IMG/VR virus record: IMGVR_UViG_3300027741_000028
Reading direction: 5' to 3' (one strand)
Length of the DNA stretch: 58,062 bases
Source of the DNA: an uncultured virus (IMG/VR IMGVR_UViG_3300027741_000028)
Lineage: Duplodnaviria > Heunggongvirae > Uroviricota > Caudoviricetes
Position numbers and translations under genes: made by a program. Numbering within the stretch: the stretch's first letter is position 1; each line of letters starts with the position of its first letter. The notes under the pieces were generated by a model. The model saw only the letters and a program-made list of their open reading frames with translations, did not search any database and was not told the DNA's origin. This document shows, piece by piece, positions 25,240-36,499 of the stretch.

Positions 25240-27944
25240 TTAATTTGTCCTTTTAATACTTCTACTTCTGTTTTCAATTCTTTAATGGCTTCAACCAACA
25301 AAGGAATCAATCTATCATAATGAACTGTTAGGTACTTATCGTTGATTGGTGCCGGCACCACAACTTCAGGTAATACTTTCTGTACTTCTTGTGCAGAAAC
25401 ACCAACTTGTTTTGATGATGTGTAACCTAAATCTAATGCTAGTTGACTTGGTTCATAATAGAAACCATTCAATGTCATTAATTTATCTAATGCGTTATCA
25501 ATATTACCAAGTTTTGTTTTCAATTGGTCGTCAGAGTAACCTGCGGTAATTGTACCAGTTGCACGAATCTCACCAGCGGATGCTGATGCAGCAGTACCAA
25601 CACCAATAGAGAAGAATTGTGTATTTGATGTTGTAGTTGAAAGTGTATTGGCTGTATTAACTGCTAATGAACCTGGATTAACCCATGTTGGTGCACCAGA
25701 ACCATTACTTTGTAATAGGTATGTTGCTGTACCAACAGCAGTATTTGCAGTAGTGTTGGCTGCTGATTGATACAATACTTGACCAGCTGCACCACCCTGA
25801 CCACCAGCATATGTTGGTGATACGTTATTAACCAATAATGAACCTGGATTGACCCATGTTGGTGCAGCAGAACCATTACTTTGTAATAGATAACCTGATG
25901 TACCAACTGCTGTATTACTGGTTGTATTAGCTGCTGATTGGTACAATACTTGACCAGCCGAACCACCTTGACCACCAGCATATGTTGGTGATACGTTATT
26001 AACCAATGTAACTGTATAAGCAAATGATTCTACAATATCACCAGCTGATGCTGCGGCACTTAATGCAAATGTTGTGCCGTTTGATGCAGTATAATCTGAA
26101 GCATTTAACAAAACACCGTTTAGATATACTTGTAAGAAACCAACTGTGTAACCACCAGTTACAGTAAAGCCTGTTTGACCAGCTGTTGCAGTAGTACTTT
26201 GTCTATTGTATGTGGTTGCACCAATACCAGCGGAACCACCAGTAATTGTTGTTGCTTGTATACTTACAATTCTACCATAATCATCAACAACAATTTGTGG
26301 AGTTTGTGTGCCGGAACCAAATGTAGTGCCAGCAGAACCTGATGTAAGTACTGGTAATCCTAATGCAACGACACCAACCGCAGCATTCGCTGTTAATTGA
26401 CCACTGTTTGCATATACAGCTGTACTTGTAACTGTTACGTTAGATGCTTGTGTAACTTTACCTTGTGCATTGATTGTAAGAATTGGAACTTGGTGATTTG
26501 ATGCAGTAACACCACCACCATATATACCCGCAGTAACACCTGATGCATATGAGTTAACAGATTGAACGTAGGCTGTTGTTGCAAATGCAGTATTACTTAT
26601 ACTTGCATCAGATACTGTAATACCAGTTACAACATTACTGAAAGCTGCACCAGATAATGCTGCTTTTTTTGTTTCTAAAGATTGAATTGCTAACTGAATT
26701 GTATTTGAAGAATCGGTAATTTCGCCAAATGGTGTAGTAAATCCAATGTTGTTTGCATAGTATGGATTGTAAACATATCCATCAACTTCAATTAAAATGT
26801 TATCACCATTTGGTGGAGTTGTAGTAAATGAAATTGTATTTGCTGATTGATTTAAATTATATTCAGATTCAAATTGTCTTACACCGTTAATGTATGCTCT
26901 GACTTGTGTTGTTCCTGAAAATACTGGAGTAGTGAAAGAGTTACCACTATAACCTGCAACACCGTTTGCTATATATGATAGACGAGTTGAGTTAATTGTA
27001 GTGCCTGGTGTTGCCCCGCCACTACCTCCGCCTGTTCCACCCGCAGCCCAATAGTAGTTTCCTGGACCTCCAGTTGCCAATACATAACCAGCAACAGATG
27101 AATTTGGTAAACCAGAAGTCAATGATGACAATGCACCTGATGCTGATGTTGCACCTGTACCACCTTCAGCCAACGGTAATGGAATTTCTTTAGACCACAG
27201 TATACGGTAATATGCCGCACCATCTACGTCTAACATTTCCCATTGTTTTAAATTTTCATTCCAACGTATACTTGCATTACGACCAGAACCACCACGGTCA
27301 ACGTTGTAATAACTATTAATTGCCGTATTTACACCAGAACTTAATAAGAATGTGTTTGCAGAATATATAGTTTGACCTGTCAATACAAAATTACCACCAA
27401 CAGTTAAACCACCTGAACCAACAATAATACCTTTCATGTATGCTGTTGCATTGTTGGCATCAATTTTTGTATTTGCAGTTAAATTGGTTGTATATACATC
27501 TACTGTATTAACAGAAGTGTTTGCTACTACTGTATCAGATATTGAACGATATTTAATGCTGGTATTTCCACCAACGTATGCGTTATTGGCAACAGAGATA
27601 CCATAATTTGGACCTTGTACAACAACAAGACCATTAAGGTTTGCTTGACCTGTATGTGTTATACCTAAAGTTGTGTTGGTAAAATATATTTGGCCACCAA
27701 CTGTTAAGTTGTTCTGAATATATCCTGATGAACCAACACCTTGAGAAACAAATGCACCTTGTACAATAACATTTCCGTTTGCTTGTAAAGAACTTTTTGT
27801 TGTTTCGTTTAGGTAGAGTGTGCCCGAATCTTTTGTATAATCACTTGCGGCCAATACATTGTTTTCTGCAATTAGACCCTGAGTGGCAACAACCCATTCA
27901 CCAAACGTATTGGCATAACTTAAAGTTGAAACTGTATTAGCCAT
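25236..27944 (-). CDS. Long tail fibre with C-terminal intramolecular chaperone (Peptidase_S74-like)
   Basis: GYSDDQLKT...VGVSAQEVQKVLPE...VHYDRLIPLLVEAIKEL. The C-terminal half is paralogous to 23157-24371. Confidence 0.85.
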   Translation of the reverse strand: MANTVSTLSYANTFGEWVVATQGLIAENNVLAASDYTKDSGTLYLNETTKSSLQANGNVIVQGAFVSQGVGSSGYIQNNLTVGGQIYFTNTTLGITHTGQANLNGLVVVQGPNYGISVANNAYVGGNTSIKYRSISDTVVANTSVNTVDVYTTNLTANTKIDANNATAYMKGIIVGSGGLTVGGNFVLTGQTIYSANTFLLSSGVNTAINSYYNVDRGGSGRNASIRWNENLKQWEMLDVDGAAYYRILWSKEIPLPLAEGGTGATSASGALSSLTSGLPNSSVAGYVLATGGPGNYYWAAGGTGGGSGGATPGTTINSTRLSYIANGVAGYSGNSFTTPVFSGTTQVRAYINGVRQFESEYNLNQSANTISFTTTPPNGDNILIEVDGYVYNPYYANNIGFTTPFGEITDSSNTIQLAIQSLETKKAALSGAAFSNVVTGITVSDASISNTAFATTAYVQSVNSYASGVTAGIYGGGVTASNHQVPILTINAQGKVTQASNVTVTSTAVYANSGQLTANAAVGVVALGLPVLTSGSAGTTFGSGTQTPQIVVDDYGRIVSIQATTITGGSAGIGATTYNRQSTTATAGQTGFTVTGGYTVGFLQVYLNGVLLNASDYTASNGTTFALSAAASAGDIVESFAYTVTLVNNVSPTYAGGQGGSAGQVLYQSAANTTSNTAVGTSGYLLQSNGSAAPTWVNPGSLLVNNVSPTYAGGQGGAAGQVLYQSAANTTANTAVGTATYLLQSNGSGAPTWVNPGSLAVNTANTLSTTTSNTQFFSIGVGTAASASAGEIRATGTITAGYSDDQLKTKLGNIDNALDKLMTLNGFYYEPSQLALDLGYTSSKQVGVSAQEVQKVLPEVVVPAPINDKYLTVHYDRLIPLLVEAIKELKTEVEVLKGQIK

Positions 27945-28168
27945 TAATTAACCTTTTCCATTAGTTTGAGCATCATTTGTTTTATTTCTGAAACATCACC
28001 CTTGATGCTTTCCATTTCTGATTTTAAAGTATTTATCTCTTGTTTTTGGGTCTTTAACATTTGTACCTTAGCATAATATTCGTTGCGAGAAACATCATCG
28101 GTATTGTTTAGAACCATACCTTTGGTGTCTCTCACATAATTCGTACCAGTAACACGAACAAAAGACAT
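27944..28168 (-). CDS. Small coiled-coil hypothetical protein (74 aa)
   Basis: ORF tightly coupled between two structural genes; heptad-like C-terminus. Confidence 0.7.
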   Translation of the reverse strand: MSFVRVTGTNYVRDTKGMVLNNTDDVSRNEYYAKVQMLKTQKQEINTLKSEMESIKGDVSEIKQMMLKLMEKVN

Positions 28169-28169
28169 A

Positions 28170-31100
28170 TTAGATTCCTGTTCCAGATGGTAGTGCTAAT
28201 GCACGGATATCTGTTAAGAATGGAACACTTGTGTTGTCATTGGTTGTCAATACAATTTTAAGTGCAAATTGATTGAAGGTTGTATACACTGTTCCTGTTG
28301 TACTTGTATATGAAATTTGTCCGTTTGCAACACCATTAATACCAGGTGCAACTTCAAACTCCATTGTATCACCTCTAGATGTTGAGTATCCGTTGCCTGT
28401 GTTGTTCACATAGGTCATTAATTGCCATGAACCATTTTCAAATGTCTGTGAATCGTTCTTGTTTTGTATGCGATAGAATACATAGATATTTGAACCTGTT
28501 GGACGGTATGCAGTAAAAAACACACGCACATCTGCTGACTCAGCAGAATCAACCAATGTATTTTTCTTGGTAACATAACGTGCCATTGCATTACCACCAG
28601 ATGAAGAATATTCTGATGTAGCAGTTATGATAGCACCAGAACCAGGTGTTGTGTTTGCATCCACGATATTGATTGTTGGTGTGGCCAAATAACCACTACC
28701 TGCATTGGTAAGTGTAACAGATTGAACAACACCATTAGCAACGTTTGCAGTTGCATATGCTTGTGAACCACCAGATACATCAGGTGCAGAAATAGAAACA
28801 GTAACATTTCCTGTTGTGTTATTACTATATGATGTACCACCAGAAATCAAAGCAATAGAACTGTTTGACAAACCTAAGTTGTTAATGTTCCATTGAATGT
28901 TGTATAATGATGTACCATCATCTGATATAATTGGAGATAACAAAGGATCAGGTGATGACAATGAGGCATTCAAGAAGAATGAGTTTGCATTGTTTGCTTG
29001 TAATAGGCGTGTACCTTTACCATCGTTCAGATAGATATGGTCAAATGTTGGTGTACCAAATTTACCAGGAATAATTGATTTTGCTGAATCATATAAATTA
29101 GTTGAACTTAATAATGATTGGTAAGTATAATTAATACTTGTTTTTGTTGGAACAAAATCAGTTACTGAAACATTAATTGCATCAACTTCTTCATTCATAA
29201 TTGAATAATTTCCATACAAATTATTTACAAGTGCAGGATCATAATACGATTGAATATCTTGTAGAACACCTTTTCTTGTTGGCAAATATTTTGGTGTTAC
29301 AAAACTAATTGTAGGATTTGCATCAGTTTTAAATGAACATCTGTTAACCACAAACATCATAGCCTTAGTTTGGTCTGCTGTCCATGTAATAGCATTTTGT
29401 GATTCAAACAACGATGCAACATATGGAGAGCTACCAATCTTTGTGATTGTTGTTGGTGTTGCATCTGTTGGTAGATTTTTAACACTAGATGGTAATGCAG
29501 TTGCGTTCTGTGCAGCCACATAGATGTTATAATCTTGTGATGCAGACTTCAACAAGAAGGCATAAAGAATACCAGGTTGAATAAAAATTGGTACATCAAA
29601 AGTAAATTCAGTGTATGTTGTTGAATCCAAATAGTGTGGAGTTGTACTTGTATTAACTCTATCTGGTGTCAATGAAACAATAGAGTGGTCTAAAGTTGCA
29701 CCATTTGGGAAACCATTAGATGTGCCAACAATAGACAAGTCAATTGGAATGTTTGTTGTTGTTGGTTTACTTTGGAAGAACAACTTAACAGAACTAATAA
29801 ACGCACCATTTGGATAATTTACAGAATCAATTATGAATGCCTGTGCAACTGGATCCCATGGGTTATATGTAACAATTGTATTGGTTATTGTTTGAGCCTT
29901 AGTTTCTGTGAATACATTTTTTGCAGCAGAAATTGATGGTGAGAAATCAATTGATTGTGATTTAGTTGATAAACCAGAAGCAGTAAATGTTGCTTCAGTC
30001 CATGTAGTTGCTGAATTTGGATCATTAATTGTTGTTCTATTATCAACACGGAATACTCTTTGACCAGTTCTAAATGTTTTCTCTGGTAGATTGAATATAC
30101 CAACAAAGTCTCCATTTTCATTTGTTGATAGATTTGGCTGACCTCCTTGTGACAAAACATATTTGTAACTTGGTTTTGTACCAACCATAGAATAAGTAGA
30201 AGTTAATATACCACCAATCAAACTGTTAGAACCCATAGATAAAGTAATTGGTTGGCCAGTATCCCATGATGCCATTCTGGTTGCACCAGTATAACCAGTA
30301 ATTGTTCTTGTATATGTTTGAGTTGTTCTTGTTGCTGGTCCACCAACATATTGTTGTGACACATATGTTGTTGTGATATTAATTTTTGTACCAATATAGA
30401 ATCCATCTACAGTTGATGAGGATGGGTTCAAACCAATTTGTGTAACACCGGTGAAGTATGCACCACCACCTGTCATACCATAAACTGTATCAACTCCAGT
30501 TGGAATAACTTGAGCGGCCGCAGAATCAAATACAATTTTTCCAGTTGAATCTGTAACTGTTAAACCAATTGCTGCAGGACCACCAGTGTTTGTGGCTTGC
30601 CATCTAACTACATGGTTACCAGCAGTAACTGTTTTAGTGGTTGAATATGTTGTTTGATATCCAGGTGCTGTTAATATTGAAGTACCATCCAACAATATAG
30701 TTGCTGTGTTATCACATGATGCTGTAAATGTATAACTTCCATTTGCTGTAAAGTTAACTGTAAACGAAGCATTAAATGTTCTATTTCCATCACCCGCACT
30801 TGGAACATTCCAAACACCATGTTGGTTTAAGAATGAACAGTATCTTGGATTTGCTTGGCGATATAAACTAATTGTTTGTGCAGCTGCATCTATGAATGTA
30901 CCACCAGCAGATGAAACATATCCAGAATTGTTGAATGAAATGATTGAACTGTATGCACTTGTACCAGATGCTGTGCTGTTAACATAATTACCATCAGAAT
31001 CAAAGAAACCATTTTTAACAATACCAGTTGTAAACGAATCCAATGTTGTGTGGAAATTACTTGCAACATACAAACGAACATTTTTACTATTTGGATAATT

Positions 31101-34100
31101 GTAAACAGAAACAACTGTGGCTAATGGTAAGAACAATCCATCAGCTGTGTTTGAATAACCAATAACATCATCTTCATTAAATGTTCCAGATACATTTGTC
31201 AATTCAACAATATCTGGATTGATAATGTATTGGTCTACAGAAACACCATCAAAGAATGTTTGAACTGGTGTGTTAACTTTTAATCCTTTTGCTCTGAACA
31301 ATAAAGATTGTGGACGAATATATGGTTGAATACTGATATCAGTAATATAACCATTCACACTATTGTATGATGATCCTAAGTTACTCCAATAACCTTGTGT
31401 TATAGTTTGTTGTTGTGTCAATTCTTGTACTGTTGTGGTCTTTGTGTAACCTTGATATCCATATGGACTTGGATTAACATTATGACCTTCAACATTTATA
31501 CTAGATGAAGAAAGTGTTTTCTGTGTACCAGGAATTGTTTGCCAGTTAGTAACATTTAAAGTGTTTAATGTATCACTTTGTTGGTATATTTGTAAGTTAG
31601 GATCAACAAATAACAAGTCAGGTTCTTTTGTGTTATCTACCCAGTTATCCATTGGAGGATTCAAATAACAAACACCTTGGTATGTCGGTGTCGCAAATGG
31701 GTTTATGTTAACTGTTTGACTTGCTAACTGTTGTGTAATAATAGGTGTAGTTGTATATGGTAAGGTAAAGATGTTTGTACCTTTACCAACATTGTGTAAC
31801 TGGTATCCTAATGTGTTTGCAGATGTAGCAAAATTACCTAACGCCATGTATGAACCTGCTGCGTGTAATGGATAGTTTTGTACGGTCTGAGAAGCCGTCA
31901 TTTGTTTTGCGATTCTATCAATTGATGCAGAGAAGTTAGGATTGCCTGTATCACTTACACCATATGTGGTGAAGTCATCAACAAGAATACCATTCTTAAA
32001 TCTATTCAAACCATTATTATCTTTGACTTGTAGACTTTGTGCATTTTGTTCCAAAGCATTCAGTGTTGTATAGTATTCAATATTATTGATACGAGTATTC
32101 ATATCAGAAATATCATTCATCGTCCAACGTCTGTGTTTAACTTTCTCTACGGAAAGATTAGGTAGTGAACCCTTAGATGATTCACTTGGTAAATATGCGG
32201 TGTATGGATCATGAGTTAAGTTTGCAACCACCAATGAACCATCTGGTTGTGTTGGTAGAATTGGATTAACAGATGGATTTCCTTTAACGATTTGGAAATT
32301 TCTATCTCTTGTTAATACCAATCTATCTTTTCTTCCAAGGTAATATGAATAGTCGCTTAACCAATTCGACAAGTCTTGTGGAATATAAAAACCAGTATCG
32401 TTTGAACTTGGGCTTGCAGAGTATTCAAATATGAACGAACTCGTTGCATTTTTACGAGTTGGTCTAAAGTCTACAGAATCTCTTAGGCTATATGATTTAC
32501 CATTTGTGGCTGTGTATGATGGAATTTGTCCGTATGCCTCATTGGTATAAGACATGACACTGAAATAACCATCAGAAGAAGAATGTGAATAGTAATTGAA
32601 AATAACCAAAAGGTTACCTGTTGGTTTTGGTGCACCAGGATTTAACACCAAGAAACCATGGTCATAATAACTATCTTTTTGGCCAGTATTGAAAGAATAG
32701 TTTGCTGTTACATCATACTGTGTATCAGTTAACATACCTGTAGTTGGAACGGCACTTGAAGATTTAGTATCAATAATCTTAACAATGTTTTTAATATCCG
32801 TAACATACAAAGATTGTGATTGACCTGTACTCAAAAGACCAGCTGCTGCGATGTATACTTGTCCATTGGTTAAGTCAAGTTTTGTATTTGTATTAACAGT
32901 ACCATCAGGTCCAGAATAACTTACAACTGATGTATTGCCTGATACAAGTGTTTTTGTTCTTAAAATACTTGTTGTATCATCTGCATTGGTGATATTAATT
33001 TTTGCAATAACAGAGACTGTTAATGGTGTTGTATAGTAATTTGAACTAAAAGTTACACTATTTTTATCTGAAGAAATACTTACTGTATTACCAGAAGCAG
33101 TGAAATCTAATACTTGGCCAATACCTTTTTCACCTGTACCTGATGTAACAATTACTGTATAGTTTTGTTTAATGGAATCAGTACTTAATGTTCCTGTACC
33201 ACCAGCAAAGTCAACAGAGTTTTGTATGCCGGTTGGTAAAGTAAGTGTTAGTGTTGTTGGTCCAGAACCACTGAATGCTTTGTTTCTAAACACCTTAGTA
33301 GATGAATATGAACTGTCAGCTATAGATGACACATATGGATAACCTAATGTGTATAATAATTCTGGACTGCCAGCATTTTGGAATATGGTATCACCAGTTA
33401 TAACATTACCAACTTTACCTAAAGTATTGATATTTGCGGAAGCACTAAGAGTTGTAGTACCACTTACTGTATTTGCAATAGATTCAATATCAGCTGGATC
33501 AAATTTGATTACGAAAACATCTGAACTGTTTGGTACTATTGTGAATGGTGGGTTAACACTTGCAGATTTGTTTACTGGATTGTAAGAGGTAATTTGTCCT
33601 CTATAACTAGAATTTGCAACTGTTAATATAGTATTGTAATATGCATTTGCAGTAGGTGATAATTGACCACCTGTACTATTAAACAAAACATATGTAGAGT
33701 TCGCAGATGCAATTGTTCCACTTAAAGACTTTGTGGTAACATCATATACTTGTGCCTTAAAGACATACGATTTTGTATTTGTATCAGTAGTATTTTGAAC
33801 GTATGTCAAACCACGCATATAACCAGAACCAACCAATGTTGATGTATAGGTTGTTGTGTTTGCAGTAGCAATATTGGTTGCACTTACGCTGTGGAAGTCC
33901 ACAGGGAATGCTGTAGTTACATCAAAAACACCGTTAGCATTATCAACATAGAAGTAAGAACCATAATCAATAAAAGAATAATTATTATTTTCTGATTGAG
34001 TTGTTCTGGCTCTTTGATTAACCAATCTAGTATCAGATGGAACTTCTACTCTATAACCATGTACATATGCCAAACCTTTACTGATTTTTAAATCATATGT

Positions 34101-35108
34101 TGAAGTGTTTGATGTATTGGCAACTGGAGACAAACTAAAATCATTGACAATAAAGTCTCCGTTAGTATCATATGTTCTCTTTGCAAAGTAATCATCAATC
34201 GTTGAGTACACTGTACTATCAACTTGTTTAACAATAACACCATTATTGATACGAACCAATTCAATGAACTGGTCATCGTTACCTAATTCTAATGGCAATG
34301 TAAGTAGTGTTAATGTTACTTGATATCTGTCTGCACCAGGAGCTTGATAGTTTGATGCACCAACAGCTGGGTCGAGTAGAGAAGAATCACCAATGTAATC
34401 TACAATTGATTCTGTGATAGACAAACCTAAACGATATGAAGGTGTGTTACTGTATTTGTTTAGAATAACTGTTTGTGGTTGTACAGAAACAAAATTACCA
34501 ATGGCATACTTTGAATATGTTCCGTCTTGGTTTTGTGTACCTGATGTTGAGTATCCGTTTCTGACATAGAAAACACCTTCAGAAATAGATGCAACAGAGG
34601 AGTAACCAGTACAAGTTGAACCACCAGAAATGCCTATTGTAGTTGCAACAAAGTTGGTGCCGTCAGCACAAAAGATATCCATTTGGTCTGTGAATTGACC
34701 TGTAGAACCACCAGAAAGGTAACTGACAATCAATGTAGGAGGATCACCAGATGTATTGTCTGTACCTGTGGCCTCTGATGTTGCAATTACTTTTGCAAGA
34801 ATAGTACCAGTTAAATCTTGAATAATTTTATTTGCAAAACTGGCAGCAGTAATGTTTGCGCCATTGTATTGTCTGTTCAACTTTAAATAGTAACACTTAA
34901 AGTTTGTTGTAACTTTACCACCATTGATTGGTGTATTTTGTGTAAAGATACTATCTGCAAATTTGGAAATCTGGTCTTGTAGGATTGTTTGAGATTGAGT
35001 CAGTTCTCTGGCCTGTACGGCCACACCAGGCTTAAACAATACACGATGGAAATTTTTTGCCGGATCAAAATCATCGTAGTACGGATCAACATTAAAATTT
35101 AGAGCCAT
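28170..35108 (-). CDS. Very large baseplate/virion protein, DUF4815/VrlC-like (2312 aa)
   Basis: N-terminal PYYDDFD...RVLFKPG.AVQARELTQ.Q, then APGADRY, RFKNGILVDDF and DPVAQAF motifs; follows gp8. Confidence 0.85.
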   Translation of the reverse strand: MALNFNVDPYYDDFDPAKNFHRVLFKPGVAVQARELTQSQTILQDQISKFADSIFTQNTPINGGKVTTNFKCYYLKLNRQYNGANITAASFANKIIQDLTGTILAKVIATSEATGTDNTSGDPPTLIVSYLSGGSTGQFTDQMDIFCADGTNFVATTIGISGGSTCTGYSSVASISEGVFYVRNGYSTSGTQNQDGTYSKYAIGNFVSVQPQTVILNKYSNTPSYRLGLSITESIVDYIGDSSLLDPAVGASNYQAPGADRYQVTLTLLTLPLELGNDDQFIELVRINNGVIVKQVDSTVYSTIDDYFAKRTYDTNGDFIVNDFSLSPVANTSNTSTYDLKISKGLAYVHGYRVEVPSDTRLVNQRARTTQSENNNYSFIDYGSYFYVDNANGVFDVTTAFPVDFHSVSATNIATANTTTYTSTLVGSGYMRGLTYVQNTTDTNTKSYVFKAQVYDVTTKSLSGTIASANSTYVLFNSTGGQLSPTANAYYNTILTVANSSYRGQITSYNPVNKSASVNPPFTIVPNSSDVFVIKFDPADIESIANTVSGTTTLSASANINTLGKVGNVITGDTIFQNAGSPELLYTLGYPYVSSIADSSYSSTKVFRNKAFSGSGPTTLTLTLPTGIQNSVDFAGGTGTLSTDSIKQNYTVIVTSGTGEKGIGQVLDFTASGNTVSISSDKNSVTFSSNYYTTPLTVSVIAKINITNADDTTSILRTKTLVSGNTSVVSYSGPDGTVNTNTKLDLTNGQVYIAAAGLLSTGQSQSLYVTDIKNIVKIIDTKSSSAVPTTGMLTDTQYDVTANYSFNTGQKDSYYDHGFLVLNPGAPKPTGNLLVIFNYYSHSSSDGYFSVMSYTNEAYGQIPSYTATNGKSYSLRDSVDFRPTRKNATSSFIFEYSASPSSNDTGFYIPQDLSNWLSDYSYYLGRKDRLVLTRDRNFQIVKGNPSVNPILPTQPDGSLVVANLTHDPYTAYLPSESSKGSLPNLSVEKVKHRRWTMNDISDMNTRINNIEYYTTLNALEQNAQSLQVKDNNGLNRFKNGILVDDFTTYGVSDTGNPNFSASIDRIAKQMTASQTVQNYPLHAAGSYMALGNFATSANTLGYQLHNVGKGTNIFTLPYTTTPIITQQLASQTVNINPFATPTYQGVCYLNPPMDNWVDNTKEPDLLFVDPNLQIYQQSDTLNTLNVTNWQTIPGTQKTLSSSSINVEGHNVNPSPYGYQGYTKTTTVQELTQQQTITQGYWSNLGSSYNSVNGYITDISIQPYIRPQSLLFRAKGLKVNTPVQTFFDGVSVDQYIINPDIVELTNVSGTFNEDDVIGYSNTADGLFLPLATVVSVYNYPNSKNVRLYVASNFHTTLDSFTTGIVKNGFFDSDGNYVNSTASGTSAYSSIISFNNSGYVSSAGGTFIDAAAQTISLYRQANPRYCSFLNQHGVWNVPSAGDGNRTFNASFTVNFTANGSYTFTASCDNTATILLDGTSILTAPGYQTTYSTTKTVTAGNHVVRWQATNTGGPAAIGLTVTDSTGKIVFDSAAAQVIPTGVDTVYGMTGGGAYFTGVTQIGLNPSSSTVDGFYIGTKINITTTYVSQQYVGGPATRTTQTYTRTITGYTGATRMASWDTGQPITLSMGSNSLIGGILTSTYSMVGTKPSYKYVLSQGGQPNLSTNENGDFVGIFNLPEKTFRTGQRVFRVDNRTTINDPNSATTWTEATFTASGLSTKSQSIDFSPSISAAKNVFTETKAQTITNTIVTYNPWDPVAQAFIIDSVNYPNGAFISSVKLFFQSKPTTTNIPIDLSIVGTSNGFPNGATLDHSIVSLTPDRVNTSTTPHYLDSTTYTEFTFDVPIFIQPGILYAFLLKSASQDYNIYVAAQNATALPSSVKNLPTDATPTTITKIGSSPYVASLFESQNAITWTADQTKAMMFVVNRCSFKTDANPTISFVTPKYLPTRKGVLQDIQSYYDPALVNNLYGNYSIMNEEVDAINVSVTDFVPTKTSINYTYQSLLSSTNLYDSAKSIIPGKFGTPTFDHIYLNDGKGTRLLQANNANSFFLNASLSSPDPLLSPIISDDGTSLYNIQWNINNLGLSNSSIALISGGTSYSNNTTGNVTVSISAPDVSGGSQAYATANVANGVVQSVTLTNAGSGYLATPTINIVDANTTPGSGAIITATSEYSSSGGNAMARYVTKKNTLVDSAESADVRVFFTAYRPTGSNIYVFYRIQNKNDSQTFENGSWQLMTYVNNTGNGYSTSRGDTMEFEVAPGINGVANGQISYTSTTGTVYTTFNQFALKIVLTTNDNTSVPFLTDIRALALPSGTGI

Positions 35109-35118
35109 TTTTTTCCTT

Positions 35119-36486
35119 TTAATAACCTAAGACAAATCGGAATTGTTCTATTCCATCTGTGCTTCTTTGGACGCCTGTTCTGTTTTCAATAGAAAGAATA
35201 TTACCAGAAGATAAAACAAATTTTGGAGAACTATATGACAACAATGTTCTTGTTGTACCTGAAGAATTTCCAAAAAGTGGAGCATTTGTTGTTAGAGTGC
35301 CTGTTGTATTTAGAATCTTAACCACATTGGTTGATGTATTAAAACTCAAAACAGTGCCAATAAATGTACTATTATTAGCACTTGTACCTTGATAAACATA
35401 TTCATCATTTAGATATGCACCAAAACCTGGTGCTACAACCAAATCTGTTGTTGTGGAATACACTGAACCATTTGCAAAACTTGGTGTGGTATCTAATGCC
35501 AATGGATTACTTATCAAACCAATTTGGTGATAATCAATGTCTGTAGGAATAAGTCCACCTTCAGAACCATTAAACTCAGCCGTGTACATTACGTGGGTAC
35601 ACCCTAATTCTGACATAGGATCGTATCCATGACCACCAATTGGTGAGGTTGGTGCAATCGCTACAGCACCAGAACCTTGTGTGGAGGTGATAGCCACATT
35701 AGCGTAAGTATAACCACTACCATATGATGTAACAACAATATCTTTAATGGAACCACTAACAACATTGGCAGATGCTGCGGCACCTGTACCATCACCAGTA
35801 ATAGTAATTGTGATGGCAGCATTTACTGGATTATAACTTGAACCACCATTTGTTACATTAATAACATCAACACTACCAACACCTGCGGCTGAATATAATG
35901 GGTTTGGTGTACCTGCCTTAACGATGATTGGCATCCATGTAGAGTCCATGAATTTTAATTTTGAACCAGTGTCAATGGTGTACATATATTTCCATTTGTA
36001 ACCATCAGAACCAGTGAAAATATTATTTGTGTCATAAGAACCAGGTTCAAAGAAAGGTTCTACAATAGATTGTGAACCATTATAATTCCATAGACACTTG
36101 AATACTTGGTCGTATTTGTTCTTTACATAATAATTATATACTTTAAGTCCATTAATATCTTGTGCAAACATATCAATATCATCACGATAATAATCATATA
36201 CTGTACCTGAGTTCCAATCTACACGTTGAATAACAGGAGATATATCAGATGAATTTAATAGTTTGGTTGCAAATATATTTTTGAATACTTTTTTAATTGA
36301 CTTTTGGTCCTGTGTTGGTACATCTGGATTGCCTTCATCTGACCAAGGATCAACCTTAGACAAAAAACAATATGTTACCGAAACAGATTTGGTTGGGCTT
36401 GATTTAACGACCAATGCAGGTGAGTAATAGGCCTGTTTGACCTGTGCTACCTTAGAACCGTATACTAAAAGATTTTTATTTGCCAT
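35119..36486 (-). CDS. gp8: Baseplate wedge subunit
   Basis: VFKCLWN, DGYKWKYMYTI and PIGGHGYDP..ELG motifs; synteny gp6-gp7-gp8. Confidence 0.88.
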   Translation of the reverse strand: MANKNLLVYGSKVAQVKQAYYSPALVVKSSPTKSVSVTYCFLSKVDPWSDEGNPDVPTQDQKSIKKVFKNIFATKLLNSSDISPVIQRVDWNSGTVYDYYRDDIDMFAQDINGLKVYNYYVKNKYDQVFKCLWNYNGSQSIVEPFFEPGSYDTNNIFTGSDGYKWKYMYTIDTGSKLKFMDSTWMPIIVKAGTPNPLYSAAGVGSVDVINVTNGGSSYNPVNAAITITITGDGTGAAASANVVSGSIKDIVVTSYGSGYTYANVAITSTQGSGAVAIAPTSPIGGHGYDPMSELGCTHVMYTAEFNGSEGGLIPTDIDYHQIGLISNPLALDTTPSFANGSVYSTTTDLVVAPGFGAYLNDEYVYQGTSANNSTFIGTVLSFNTSTNVVKILNTTGTLTTNAPLFGNSSGTTRTLLSYSSPKFVLSSGNILSIENRTGVQRSTDGIEQFRFVLGY

Positions 36487-36499
36487 AGTGTTTTATTTA

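Noticed and set aside
20677..27944. Diversity-generating retroelement or invertible shufflon acting on fibre tips
   Set aside because: No reverse transcriptase or recombinase in the window, repeats are direct and coding, and the differences are not adenine-specific.
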